From Treponemataceae bacterium (lineage in GTDB: Bacteria; Spirochaetota; Spirochaetia; Treponematales; Rectinemataceae): a stretch of DNA of 64,000 nucleotides. The notes under the pieces are model-generated. The model was given only the letters and a program-made list of their open reading frames with translations. It made no database searches and was not told the origin of the DNA. Each line of letters begins with the position of its first letter. Positions within the stretch are counted from its first letter, which is position 1. The DNA lies in the NCBI GenBank assembly GCA_963677895.2, contig CAXXGJ010000006.1, positions 1-64,000 of the forward strand, given 5' to 3'. Below, piece by piece: positions 27,862 to 37,819 of the stretch. Both the position numbers and the translations under genes were made by a program.

Positions 27862-28692
27862 GTGAAAAGAAAAAACAACCTGCTGACCTATATCGGCCTC
27901 AGCCTCTTCGCCTTCGTCATGATCTACCCCCTCATCTGGCTCGTGTTCTCGGCCTTCAAGGACACCCAGGAAATCCTGACGAGCGACAGACTCTGGCCTT
28001 CCAGCTTCAAGCTCGACGGCTTCATCGAGGGATGGAAGGGCGAGGGCAGGCCGAAGTTCTCGGTCTTCATCTGGAACTCCATCGCGCTCACCCTGCCGAC
28101 CGTCATCCTCACCATCGTCTCGGGCGTCCTCGTCGCCTACGGCTTCTCGCGCTTCAGCTTCAGGCTGCGCAAGCCACTCTTCGCCGTCATGATCGGCACC
28201 ATCCTTTTACCCAACACCGTCCTCCTCATCCCCCGCTACCTCATTTTCCGCAACCTGGGCATGCTGGATTCCTACCTGCCCTTCTGGCTGACGGCCGCCG
28301 CGGGCGTCCCCTTCTTCATCTTCATGTTCGTGCAGTTTTTCCACGGCATTCCGCGCTCCCTGGACGAATCGGCCTACCTCGACGGCTGCGGTTCCTTCAG
28401 GATCCTCTGGAGCATCCTCATCCCCCTGTTGAAGCCGGCCATCTTCTCGGCCGCCATTTTCCAGTTCATCTGGACCTGGGATGACTTCTTCCAGTCCCTC
28501 ATCTATATTTCAAGCGTGGACAAGTACCCCGTGACCCTCGGCCTCAGGCTCTCGATCGACGCGATGGGCATTCCGCCCTGGAACCAGATCGCCGCCATGT
28601 CCGTGGTGGCTATCCTGCCCTCCGTCCTCATTTTCTTCGCGGCGCAGAAGTACTTCGTGGAAGGCATAGCCACCTCGGGCCTGAAAAATTGA
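27862..28692 (+). CDS. Carbohydrate ABC permease
   Basis: GTG start; LDESAYLDG, WTWDDF, AQKYFVEGIATSGLK. Confidence 0.92.
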   Translation: MKRKNNLLTYIGLSLFAFVMIYPLIWLVFSAFKDTQEILTSDRLWPSSFKLDGFIEGWKGEGRPKFSVFIWNSIALTLPTVILTIVSGVLVAYGFSRFSFRLRKPLFAVMIGTILLPNTVLLIPRYLIFRNLGMLDSYLPFWLTAAAGVPFFIFMFVQFFHGIPRSLDESAYLDGCGSFRILWSILIPLLKPAIFSAAIFQFIWTWDDFFQSLIYISSVDKYPVTLGLRLSIDAMGIPPWNQIAAMSVVAILPSVLIFFAAQKYFVEGIATSGLKN

Positions 28693-29717
28693 AAAACGCC
28701 GAAGCCGTGGCGGCCGAAGCCGCCCTCGCCGGCTATGTCGCCGGCACGCTGGAAATCCTCGCGCCCTCTTCCTCAGCTATTCTTGTGTCCAGGGCCGGCG
28801 AAAAGCTTGTGGAGCGCTACGATAGGGGGCCGCGGCCCCAGTCGGCGGCGCCCGTCGACGCCGACTCGCTCTGGCCCTTCTGGTCCATCTCGAAATCCTT
28901 CGCGGCCGCCCTCGTAGCCCGCCTGGCGCTCAGGGGCGCCCTCAGCCTCGACATGGCGCTCTCGCGGGCCCTGCCAGAGTTCGCGGAGCGCGGGCCGGGA
29001 CCCTTCGATCGCAGGAAGGTGACCCTGAGCCACCTCATGAGCCACACATCAGGCTGCGCCCTTCCCGGCAGGATCGAGGACGGCATAACCCTGGGACCGA
29101 CGCCCGACCTCTCCGCTATCCTGATCGTGACGGAGCCCGGTTCGGTTTTCGAGTACTCCTCGCTCGGCATGCATGTCCTGGAACGCTTCCTCGAAGCCCT
29201 GACGGGCTCCGACTACGGCGATCTCCTTCGCGGGGAAGTGCTCGAGCCCTTCGGGTTGGGCAGCGTACGCTTTCTGTATGAAGGAGATCTTCGCGAGGGC
29301 AAGGGAGCCGCAGCGCTGCCCTGCCTCGACGGAAAAGTGGTGGCCTCGCAGCCGCGGCAGCGCTGCGGCCTGGGCCTCTACGGAACGGCCCGTGACCTCC
29401 TCGCCTTCGGGGAAGCCTGGCTAAGCATGAGGGACGCATCGGGCAAGCCCTGGTGCGACGCCGCCCTCAGGGACGAAATCTGGAGCCGGCACTCCACCCG
29501 ATCCTCCGACGGCAGCGACTACGGCCTTCTCTGGTGGCTCTTCGACGACCTGGGCGGCCGCGTGGCCTCCGGCGCCTCATACAGCCTCTGCGCCCTCCTC
29601 CCGCGCGAAAACATCGTCGCTGTGGTGGCCCGAAACCACTTCGGCCCCGGCCTCCAGCCCTTCGACTACCGGAGCGACAAAAGGCGCATCCTCGAACTCT
29701 CTCGCGCCTTCCGGTGA
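28689..29717 (+). CDS. Serine hydrolase (beta-lactamase/esterase family)
   Basis: SISK (SxxK), LMSHTSG, PG..FEYSS, YGLLWW. Confidence 0.85.
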   Translation: MKNAEAVAAEAALAGYVAGTLEILAPSSSAILVSRAGEKLVERYDRGPRPQSAAPVDADSLWPFWSISKSFAAALVARLALRGALSLDMALSRALPEFAERGPGPFDRRKVTLSHLMSHTSGCALPGRIEDGITLGPTPDLSAILIVTEPGSVFEYSSLGMHVLERFLEALTGSDYGDLLRGEVLEPFGLGSVRFLYEGDLREGKGAAALPCLDGKVVASQPRQRCGLGLYGTARDLLAFGEAWLSMRDASGKPWCDAALRDEIWSRHSTRSSDGSDYGLLWWLFDDLGGRVASGASYSLCALLPRENIVAVVARNHFGPGLQPFDYRSDKRRILELSRAFR

Positions 29718-29832
29718 GCCGGTGAGCCGGTGAGCCGATCAATCTCATCCCGCCGCGGTTTCGCTAGGCGGCAGCCCTGCCTGTATAGTACATTCAAGAT
29801 ATAATCGCCCAAACAATTCGAGGAGGATGAAT

Positions 29833-30804
29833 ATGTTCTACAGAAGGCTCGGCTCGGCCGGCATAAAGGTATCGCTGCTTTCGCTCGGCTCCTGGATAAC
29901 CTACGGCACACAGGTGGACATCGACGCCGCGGCCGATATGCTCAAGCTGGCATACGACAACGGCATCAATTTCTTCGACAACGCGGAAGTCTACGCGAAG
30001 GGTCAATCGGAGACCATCATGGGCGCCGCCTTCCGCAAGCTTGGCCTGCGCCGCGGCTCCTACCTCGTCTCGACGAAACTGTACTGGGGCCTCAACGAAG
30101 GGCCGAACGAAAAGAACACCCTCAACCGCAAATACCTATTGGAAGCCATGGATGGATCGCTGGAGCGCCTCGGCATGAACCATGTCGACTTCGTCTACTG
30201 CCACAGGCCCGACTCCGAAACCCCCATGGAAGAAACAGTCCGCGCGATGAGCGACATCGTCACGGCGGGCAAGGCCTTCTACTGGGGCACGAGCGAATGG
30301 TCGGCGGAGCAGATACGCGAAGCCTGGCAGATCGCCGACAGGCGCAACCTCCACAGGCCGCAGATGGAACAACCCAGCTATAACATGATCACCCGCACCA
30401 AGGTGGAAAAGGAATTCGCCCGCCTCTACGAGGGCATAGGCCTCGGCCTCACCACCTTCAGCCCCCTCGCGGCTGGCTTCCTCACCGGCAAATACAAGAA
30501 CGGCATCCCGGAGGGCTCGCGTTTCTCCCTGCCCGGCTACGACTGGCTGAGCGGCCGCTACATGAATGACAAATTCATCGCCTGCGTGGCCAAGCTCGAA
30601 CCCATAGCAGCGGAACTCGGCTGCTCCATGAGCCAGATGGGCATAGCCTGGGTCGCCCGCAACCCCAACGTTTCCTCGGTGATCACCGGCGCCTCGAGGC
30701 GCGAGCAGCTCATCGAAAACCTGGGCGCCCTCGATGTCCTGCCCAAGCTCACGCCCGCCATCCTCGCGAGGATCGACGAGGCCATGAAACCGATACTGCA
30801 GTAA
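29833..30804 (+). CDS. Aldo/keto reductase (Kv-beta-like)
   Basis: LGSW.TYG, FDNAEVY, STK, YWGTSEW, FSPLAAG; SD AGGAGG favours ATG 29833. Confidence 0.92.
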   Translation: MFYRRLGSAGIKVSLLSLGSWITYGTQVDIDAAADMLKLAYDNGINFFDNAEVYAKGQSETIMGAAFRKLGLRRGSYLVSTKLYWGLNEGPNEKNTLNRKYLLEAMDGSLERLGMNHVDFVYCHRPDSETPMEETVRAMSDIVTAGKAFYWGTSEWSAEQIREAWQIADRRNLHRPQMEQPSYNMITRTKVEKEFARLYEGIGLGLTTFSPLAAGFLTGKYKNGIPEGSRFSLPGYDWLSGRYMNDKFIACVAKLEPIAAELGCSMSQMGIAWVARNPNVSSVITGASRREQLIENLGALDVLPKLTPAILARIDEAMKPILQ

Positions 30805-30869
30805 ATCGCGCAACGTAAGGCGGTGCGACGAAGGGCCGCGCGGCGCTTCACTAAGCAGCCGCGCGGGGC

Positions 30870-31532
30870 TCAATCCCCCGGCAGCTTGACGAAGAGTTCA
30901 CGCGGTTCCGTCCCGAGGGCGGCGACGCAGAAGGATCGGCCTATGCCCGCAAGGCCTTCGCGTATTCCAGCGCGGACCGTCGCGTCGGAAAGCGTGGCGC
31001 GGGCCCGGAGCGCGAGATCGGCCGATAGTTCGTCCTTCATCTTGGCGGCCTCTTCCTTGAGCTTGAAAACGGTGTTCGTGACGAGGTTGGCGCCTTTGGC
31101 GCTTATTTCAATGGTGTCGGTGCGCACGGCGGGCGGCAGACAGTCGGGCTCGGGCGCGGAAATCGACAGGGCGCGGGTCTTCTGGTTCCATGAAATCGTC
31201 CACAGCGAAGGATCAGAGGCGTCGACGAAATAGAAGACGTCGGCCCAGGCCGACAGCTCGATGCTCGCCTTTACGCGAACGATGGCCAGCACCTTGGCCG
31301 CGAACTCTTTCGATGCCACATAACGTTGTTTCGATGAAAGGACGACGAGCTTCTGCCCCGGCTCGAGATTCTCGACATAAAGCGCCCAACGTTCCGAGAC
31401 GGTGGGCTTCGCGTCGAGCGCGGCTTTCCACGCGAAAAAGGAACCCGCGAGTACAGCGACCGCCCCGAACGCCAGAAACACGAGGAGCGCGGGGAATCTC
31501 CCATTTCGCCTCATTCTACAACTCCGGAACAT
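30870..31532 (-). CDS. Membrane-anchored hypothetical protein (DUF4230-like)
   Basis: One N-terminal TM; ISAPEP segment and final helix pattern resemble DUF4230; TGATG coupling to the upstream gene. Confidence 0.55.
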   Translation of the reverse strand: MFRSCRMRRNGRFPALLVFLAFGAVAVLAGSFFAWKAALDAKPTVSERWALYVENLEPGQKLVVLSSKQRYVASKEFAAKVLAIVRVKASIELSAWADVFYFVDASDPSLWTISWNQKTRALSISAPEPDCLPPAVRTDTIEISAKGANLVTNTVFKLKEEAAKMKDELSADLALRARATLSDATVRAGIREGLAGIGRSFCVAALGTEPRELFVKLPGD

Positions 31533-32881
31533 CAGAATCCGCTGTCTTTCTCCCAGCCGGCGATCACCGCGCCCGCTTCCTGCCTCAGCACCGGCAGCGA
31601 CGAAAGATCCCCCGTGGCGGCCATATCGTCCAACGCTTTGTGCGCTATCATCGCGAGGGATTCCTGTGCCTGGTCCCGCCCCTTAACGAAAGCCGGATCG
31701 CCCGATCGCAGAAAGTTGTGCGATTTCGCGAGCCACACCTTCCAGCGCCGCCAGTAATCCTCGGCCTTTGCCGAGCCCTCGGCGTAATCGTAGCCGGCCC
31801 AGAGCGGGATGAACTCGCCCTTGACCAGCAAAAGAGGCTTGTAGAGGGAAACGCAGGGGTAGGAAGTGCCCGTGAACCACAGGACGGCGGCCTCGGGGCT
31901 CCTGTATTCGACAACCATGGACGCGGTCGTGGCCGAAGCCGGAAATACGCCTGAGTGGACGCAAAGGCTCTCCATATGCCTCGCCAAAGGATGGGCCGGA
32001 TCGAAAGGTCCATGGGAGCGCAGAATATTGAAGAAATCGAGAACGGCGGGCGCCGCAGGCGCAGTTGACGTCCCAGGCGCAGCCGCCTGCGCGAGCTTCG
32101 TCCCGAATGCCCCGAGCATGGAAAGGGAAAGGGCGCGACGTTGCTCGCCCCTCGTGAAGCGCAGATAGAAACGATTCTCGACATAGGCCTTGAAGGATTC
32201 TTTCTCGCCCTTGCGGCCGGGATCGGCCTCGTCCGAACAGGCCGCCCTCTCGTTGACGGGCGATATGGCCTTGCGCGTGGCGACATCAAGACGCTTGTAG
32301 TCTTCCTCGATGCAATAGGCGTTGGAAATGGCGTCGCGGCGCGGAATGGAGCGCCAGGCCCAGCGATGCCCCGCCGTCTCGAGGATATAGGCGCTCGAGG
32401 GATCGGCGATTATGAAGCTGTTGTCATAATAAAGGGAGCCCTTGAGGGCGCCGTTGCCGCCCTGCTCGTACTTTTCGACGAAGGCGCAGATGAAATCCAC
32501 GGCTTCCTTGGCCGTCGACGAGGCGCCCAGGGCCGCCCGCAGGATATCCATGCCCAGCACGCCGTCTTTGGCCGGCTTGTAGCGCGAGAAGACCGCCTCG
32601 TTGCCGATGGCGACGCCCTTCTCGTTCAGCCCCATCTCCCCGCCCGCCATCCAGGATGGCTTCGAGAGCGTGAAGGCCAGCCCGGCGTCGCTCAACGGGA
32701 AAGTCTTGCCGCCCAGGACAACCTGCCCGGAAGCAGGCCTGCGCGGGACGACGCAGAGGGTCTGCGGCTCGTCCGGTTGCCTGTCGGAATTCTTGCCGAA
32801 GAAAGAGCCCGCGAATACGATGTCCGCGCTAACGCCCTTGCCGGCGGCCTCGCCGACTGCGCAATAGAAAGTATCGCACAT
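31532..32881 (-). CDS. C69 family (secernin/dipeptidase-like) Ntn hydrolase
   Basis: Starts MCDT (Cys2 nucleophile); GKNSDR..DEPQ, EMGLNEKGVAIGNEAV, YDNSFIIAD, ISN. Confidence 0.88.
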   Translation of the reverse strand: MCDTFYCAVGEAAGKGVSADIVFAGSFFGKNSDRQPDEPQTLCVVPRRPASGQVVLGGKTFPLSDAGLAFTLSKPSWMAGGEMGLNEKGVAIGNEAVFSRYKPAKDGVLGMDILRAALGASSTAKEAVDFICAFVEKYEQGGNGALKGSLYYDNSFIIADPSSAYILETAGHRWAWRSIPRRDAISNAYCIEEDYKRLDVATRKAISPVNERAACSDEADPGRKGEKESFKAYVENRFYLRFTRGEQRRALSLSMLGAFGTKLAQAAAPGTSTAPAAPAVLDFFNILRSHGPFDPAHPLARHMESLCVHSGVFPASATTASMVVEYRSPEAAVLWFTGTSYPCVSLYKPLLLVKGEFIPLWAGYDYAEGSAKAEDYWRRWKVWLAKSHNFLRSGDPAFVKGRDQAQESLAMIAHKALDDMAATGDLSSLPVLRQEAGAVIAGWEKDSGF

Positions 32882-33005
32882 TTGTAATCTCCCAACGCTC
32901 AATGTAAAGCTTCCTGGCCGACGGCGCAAGGAGGAAAAATTCCCGGCCTCCCGCCGCCCCGTCTCGGTTGACTCGAAAGAGCGCCGAAAGCATACTCTAT
33001 GGACG

Positions 33006-33836
33006 ATGATCGGCAGCATGTTCCGCGGGCTTTCTCTCGTCCTCGCCATCGTCTCTCTCGGCGCGGGACAAATCCCCGCTCAAGCCCTCACGGGCAAGCT
33101 CGCCCTCTCCCCACGCTCCCCTGCCGGACGCCCCCTTCCCGCCGAGACCGACCCTCGTTTTGTCGCTTCCCTCTACGGACTAAGAGATGCGGTTTACAAC
33201 GGCGCCCAGCCCGGCGAGGTCGAAAAGACGGCCCAAAGCCTCATCGAAGAGACGAAAATCCAAGCCCTCGGAGAAATCGACCGCTTCCTCATCCTCGCGC
33301 GGATCGAATACCTTCTGGCCCGTTCCTGGAACGAAGCAGGCGATAAAAAGAAAGCGATGCTCCATTTCGAAGCTGCCATGGACAACGCACTCCTCTCCAT
33401 GACATCGGGTGAACATCCCGCCGGCGTCATGGCGCTCACCAAGCCCCTTTCGGAACTCTGTCTTCTCAAGAATATGGGTTTTCTGATCGCGAACGGCCCC
33501 AAAATCTCCAGGAACGCGAAAAAAATCCTCGACATGGATGCGGGACATCCGGGAGCCCTCATCATCCTCGCCAACGCCAAGGCATACCCGCCGGCCATCT
33601 TCGGCGGAAACCCCAAGGAAGCCATAGAAGAGATGGAAGCCCTCCTCAAGGCTCGCGAGGAAGGTTTCGAGAAGGATGACCTCTTCGACATAAGGACCTG
33701 CGTCGCCACGGCCCTCCTCAAGCTCGGCCGCGAGGACGAGGCGCGATTCTGGTTCGAGGCTGCCCTCGAACTCTATCCGGGCAACAAATACGCCCTCGTC
33801 GAACTCTCGAAAACGAAGACAAAGGCGAAGCCATGA
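33006..33836 (+). CDS. Exported TPR-containing protein
   Basis: Signal peptide; P.IFGG..EA and AR.WFEAALELYPGN TPR-like end; TTGACT-N17-CATACT promoter at 32968-32996. Confidence 0.7.
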   Translation: MIGSMFRGLSLVLAIVSLGAGQIPAQALTGKLALSPRSPAGRPLPAETDPRFVASLYGLRDAVYNGAQPGEVEKTAQSLIEETKIQALGEIDRFLILARIEYLLARSWNEAGDKKKAMLHFEAAMDNALLSMTSGEHPAGVMALTKPLSELCLLKNMGFLIANGPKISRNAKKILDMDAGHPGALIILANAKAYPPAIFGGNPKEAIEEMEALLKAREEGFEKDDLFDIRTCVATALLKLGREDEARFWFEAALELYPGNKYALVELSKTKTKAKP

Positions 33837-34972
33837 GCCTCGAAACCATCGTCACCGCCTACGCCATGGCCACCGCGGTCGCGGGCGTCTACATCTTCGT
33901 CGTCACCGCCCTGAACACGGCCTGGATGATGCACGCGAGCATCGGCAACCCCAGGAAGACAGGCCCCCTCGTCAGCCTCCTCGTACCGGCGCGCAACGAG
34001 GAAACCCACCTCGCGGCCTGCCTCGACTCCCTCGTCGCCCAGAACTATGAAAACCTGGAAATCATCGTCTACGACGACGACTCCACAGACGGGACGAAGA
34101 AAATCCTCGATCAATACGTGAAGCGATACCCCGGCCTCGTCCGCGCCATCGGCGGAAAACTCGAGCCGGGCTGGTACGGAAAACCCCTCGCCCTCCAGCG
34201 CCTGTCGGAAGCGGCCTCGGGCTCCTGGCTCTACTTCACCGACGCCGACACCATCCACGAGCCTGACTCGGTGGGCTTCGCCCTCGGCAGCGCCGAACTC
34301 TACAAGGCCGACCTCGTCTCGGGCTACGTGCGCAACAAAATCGGCAGCTTCGGCGAGGGACAGGTGGTCCCCGCCATCTACCTCCTCACCATGGTGGCCA
34401 TGCCCCTCTGGCTCGTCCACCTCGCCAAGTCCCCCGTCATCTCGCACGCCATCGGACAAGCCATGCTCTTCAGGGCGTCCATGTACGAAAAAGTCGGCGG
34501 CTACGACGCGGTGAAGCACAAGGTGTCGGAAGACGTCCACATGGCGAGACTCGTGAAAAAACATGGCGGCAAGGTCCTCTTCACCGACCTCAAGGAACAT
34601 ATCGCCTGCAGGATGTACAGCGATTACCGAAGCGCCATCGACGGCCTCTCGAAGAATGTCTACGACTACTTCAACAAGAACATCTTCGTCCTCGTGGCCG
34701 TGACCGTCCTCGTCCCTCTCGTCTTCTTTGTCCCCATTCTCGGCTCGATCTGGCTCCCCGCCTTCCTGATCCAGGCCCAGCCCTGGTTCCGCCTCGGCTG
34801 CCTCTTTCTCGTATCGGCCTGGGGCCTGCTGACCATGGAACGCCTGCTGCCCTGGTACGTCCCCCTCATCTACCCCCTCATCCTCGTCAACGTCCTCTCC
34901 ACCGCGTGGAGAGCCTGCAGGCTCTTCGCCACGGGCAAGGCCGTCGAATGGAAGGGAAGGATGGTGAAATAG
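33833..34972 (+). CDS. Membrane GT2 glycosyltransferase (CrtQ/CruC-like)
   Basis: VPARNEE, DDDSTDGT, GWYGKP.AL, FTDAD, SEDV.MA, C-terminal WKGR. Confidence 0.88.
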   Translation: MSLETIVTAYAMATAVAGVYIFVVTALNTAWMMHASIGNPRKTGPLVSLLVPARNEETHLAACLDSLVAQNYENLEIIVYDDDSTDGTKKILDQYVKRYPGLVRAIGGKLEPGWYGKPLALQRLSEAASGSWLYFTDADTIHEPDSVGFALGSAELYKADLVSGYVRNKIGSFGEGQVVPAIYLLTMVAMPLWLVHLAKSPVISHAIGQAMLFRASMYEKVGGYDAVKHKVSEDVHMARLVKKHGGKVLFTDLKEHIACRMYSDYRSAIDGLSKNVYDYFNKNIFVLVAVTVLVPLVFFVPILGSIWLPAFLIQAQPWFRLGCLFLVSAWGLLTMERLLPWYVPLIYPLILVNVLSTAWRACRLFATGKAVEWKGRMVK

Positions 34973-34974
34973 GC

Positions 34975-35709
34975 ATGGCGTACAAAAGAGGAAAGCCCCT
35001 GATGATAAAAAAGCCGCCATTCCTGGCGGCTTCCTATCTGCTCTGTTGGCTTGTCGCGCTCGTCGGCTGGCCCGTCGTCCAAGCCTGGTACGGCTATACC
35101 GTGAAAGGCAGGCAAAATCTGAAAAAGACAGGCCGGCGGCCCCTCATCTTCGTCAGCAACCACTCCCTGCCCCTGGACAGCCTCATACACGGCCTTTCCA
35201 TCCTGCCGGGCTTCACCTACTTCACCATCATCGAGGAAACCGTCATGACGCCCATCCTCGGCACCCTCGTCCGCCTCCTGGGAGGCATCCCCATGCCTAC
35301 CGATTCGGCGCGGCTCAAGGACATCGACGAAGCCATGGACAGCGCGCTCGCGATCCGCGGACGCGTCTATTTCTACGCCGAAGGGGAATGCTTCCTCCTC
35401 AACCAGGAGATCAAACCCTTCAAGGCGGGCGCCTTCTACTACGCCATCAGGAACAAGGCTCTCATCGTCCCCGTCGTCACCGTGCTCAAGCGCCCGAAGC
35501 GGCGCGTCCGCCCCTCCGTCCATATCCTTCCCGCCCTGGAAGCGCCCGCCCCCACCGGCCACGCCGCCACTGACCTCCACAACGCCATCGTCCTCTCGAA
35601 GCGCGTCCGCGCCGACATGCAGGCCCTCATCGACGCGGAGGGCGGCGACAAAAGCCTCTACCGCGGCCCCATGCCCCGCATTCGCGGCGTCAACGACCGC
35701 GAACGATAG
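34975..35709 (+). CDS. Lysophospholipid acyltransferase family (PlsC-like)
   Basis: NHSLPLD (HX4D), FYAEG, FKAGAF, IVPV. Confidence 0.85.
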   Translation: MAYKRGKPLMIKKPPFLAASYLLCWLVALVGWPVVQAWYGYTVKGRQNLKKTGRRPLIFVSNHSLPLDSLIHGLSILPGFTYFTIIEETVMTPILGTLVRLLGGIPMPTDSARLKDIDEAMDSALAIRGRVYFYAEGECFLLNQEIKPFKAGAFYYAIRNKALIVPVVTVLKRPKRRVRPSVHILPALEAPAPTGHAATDLHNAIVLSKRVRADMQALIDAEGGDKSLYRGPMPRIRGVNDRER

Positions 35710-35721
35710 GAACTGGCGGAC

Positions 35722-35829
35722 AGGATAACAGAATGAGCAGGATTTATGGGAATAGGAATAGGTAAAGAGAGAAATTTCGATTCTTTACTAAAAGCTTATT
35801 CCTGTTAGTCCTGACGGTCCTGTTATCCT
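35722..35829. repeat. Imperfect ~108-bp inverted repeat (MITE/REP-like) at the GC boundary
   Basis: AGGATAACAG / CTGTTATCCT outer arms; inner CAGGA / TCCTG and AATAGGAATA / TATTCCTGTT pairs. Confidence 0.5.
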
Positions 35830-35884
35830 ATCTAAAAGATAAATAATGCGGTCTGAACTTAATTTTCAACTTTCTCCAAATTAT

Positions 35885-35924
35885 CGGCAATATTTATTGC
35901 AAATTGCCGTTTATTTGATATACT
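35885..35924 (+). promoter_or_regulatory. AbiE-like operon promoter with operator inverted repeat
   Basis: CGGCAAT-N11-ATTGCCG straddling TTGCAA; extended -10 TGaTATACT; ATG at 35933. Confidence 0.65.
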
Positions 35925-35932
35925 TATATGAT

Positions 35933-36667
35933 ATGAAGCCTCTTGAAAAGCAAATTCTTTCATTTGCTCGATTAAGAAATACCTTTACCGTACAGGAGAT
36001 TCGAGCGCTCGTTGCTTCAATAAGTCCAAACACCCCAGATGCTACGATTTTATGGCGTTTATACGATATGACCTACAGAGGAGCATTACGCAGAATCGGG
36101 CGAGGGAAATATGCCATCCCGGAAAGAGGAGTATTTTCTTTTTCGCCTGGTGAAAAGCTTTGCGGCAAAGCACGTGCTGTTATGAAAGCTTTTCCATACA
36201 CGGCTTTTTGTATTTGGGATATTGAAATACTCAATTCTTTTTCCCGGCATCAATTTTCTACTACGTTCGATATTATAGAAATCGAGAAAGTTGCGGTTAC
36301 TTCAGTGCAAGAATTTCTTGAGGAATATGCGCCGCCATGTGTGCTGGAAAATTCATTGCAGCATGTTCGGTATGATGATTTTAACCAGAGGCGATATATT
36401 GTAGTAAAATCACTTATTGGAGAATCGCCACTGGAACACTATCAGGATGTCCCAATCCCTTCAATTGAAAAAATGATTGTGGATCTTTACTGTGGTGGTC
36501 CCTTGTTTTCCTTTCTACAGGGTAATGAATCGTTAACGATCATCGAAACAATGATGATTAGTTACACGATCAATGCCAGCACACTTATTCGATATGCATC
36601 ACGTAGGGGAAAGAAAAAAGAAATTCAGAGCATTATGTCCAAATTTATGGCAATTGATGTGAAATAG
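35933..36667 (+). CDS. AbiEi-like antitoxin (winged helix, LRRIGRGKY)
   Basis: N-terminal wHTH, PSIEKMIVD and RYASRR motifs; low GC; upstream of an AbiEii-like gene. Confidence 0.75.
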   Translation: MKPLEKQILSFARLRNTFTVQEIRALVASISPNTPDATILWRLYDMTYRGALRRIGRGKYAIPERGVFSFSPGEKLCGKARAVMKAFPYTAFCIWDIEILNSFSRHQFSTTFDIIEIEKVAVTSVQEFLEEYAPPCVLENSLQHVRYDDFNQRRYIVVKSLIGESPLEHYQDVPIPSIEKMIVDLYCGGPLFSFLQGNESLTIIETMMISYTINASTLIRYASRRGKKKEIQSIMSKFMAIDVK

Positions 36668-36702
36668 TGCCGTTAATTTGAATATTTAAAATGAGGTACT
36701 AA

Positions 36703-37767
36703 TTGATCAGTAGGCTGCAATTGAATCGGGAAGAGCTTGAAAGAATCTCGGTAGGGATTCCGGAATTGCTACAACCTCGGCTCTTGGAAAAGGTGTATCG
36801 AGCGCTCTCATTGCTGGAAGGGCTGTCCTTGTCAAAACTCGATTTCGTTTTCAAGGGCGGAACTGCGGTCATGTTGCTGTTGGATCAAGCGCAGAGATTT
36901 TCTATCGATATTGATATTATTCATGATACTCCTCTTGATTTTGGAGTACTCGAAAAGATATCGCTTGAGAGCGGTTTCCTTGGAGTTGAAGAACAAAAGC
37001 GGCAGAGTTCCTTCGGCATCAAAAAGTCCCATTACAAATTTTTGTACAAACCGATTTTATCGACCGGAAGTGACCAAGAAGCAATTCTCCTCGATATTCT
37101 GCATGATAAAAATCCTTACCCAAGCCTGAGAGATACATCGATCACGTTGTCGTTTTTTCCCATTGCTGGCGATCCAGTCTCGGTTAAAACGCCAACAATT
37201 GACGGTATCTGCGGCGATAAGCTTACTGCCTTTGCGCCCAATACCCTGGGAATTCCTTATATGAAAGCGGGATCTTCATCTACTCTGGAGATTATAAAAC
37301 AACTTTTCGATGTGGGAATCCTTTTTGAAAAGGTGTCCGATATAGGTGCTGTTGGAAGATCCTATGTTGAGATCGGGCAACAGGAGGCGGCATACAGAGG
37401 AAGGGTGTTTTCATTGGAAGAATCGATTAGAGACACCATACAAACAGCACTCAGCATCTCCACGGCGGGTGCGTTGGGAGAAGGTAATTATTCCGAGTTG
37501 CGAAAAGGGATTAAAGGGTTAAGACAATTTGTGTTTTCTCATCGATACGGATTATCCCATGCCGTAACTCACGCTGCTCGTGCCGCGTACTTGGCTGCAT
37601 GCATTTTGCATAATGAAAACATTATCACTCGATATGACAAGTCGATGGATCTAAACCCTCTCTTTACCGGGAAAAAGCCCCTTGATCTGTTGAAGAAGAC
37701 AAATCCAGAGGCATTTTATTACTGGTATCAGATAGAAAAGTTAATAATCAGGGGCTTACCTCTATGA
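36703..37767 (+). CDS. AbiEii/AbiGii family nucleotidyltransferase toxin (type IV TA)
   Basis: FVFKGGTA...RFSIDIDI, GDKLTAF, KQLFD motifs. Confidence 0.88.
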   Translation: MISRLQLNREELERISVGIPELLQPRLLEKVYRALSLLEGLSLSKLDFVFKGGTAVMLLLDQAQRFSIDIDIIHDTPLDFGVLEKISLESGFLGVEEQKRQSSFGIKKSHYKFLYKPILSTGSDQEAILLDILHDKNPYPSLRDTSITLSFFPIAGDPVSVKTPTIDGICGDKLTAFAPNTLGIPYMKAGSSSTLEIIKQLFDVGILFEKVSDIGAVGRSYVEIGQQEAAYRGRVFSLEESIRDTIQTALSISTAGALGEGNYSELRKGIKGLRQFVFSHRYGLSHAVTHAARAAYLAACILHNENIITRYDKSMDLNPLFTGKKPLDLLKKTNPEAFYYWYQIEKLIIRGLPL

Positions 37768-37819
37768 GATCCTCCGTCAAATGGCTTTCGATTTTTCTCA
37801 TGATATCCCTGATTTTCAA

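Noticed and set aside
29711..29737. CCGGTGAG repeated three times over a stop codon
   Set aside because: Short slippage-type tandem repeat with no spacers; not CRISPR and no evident function
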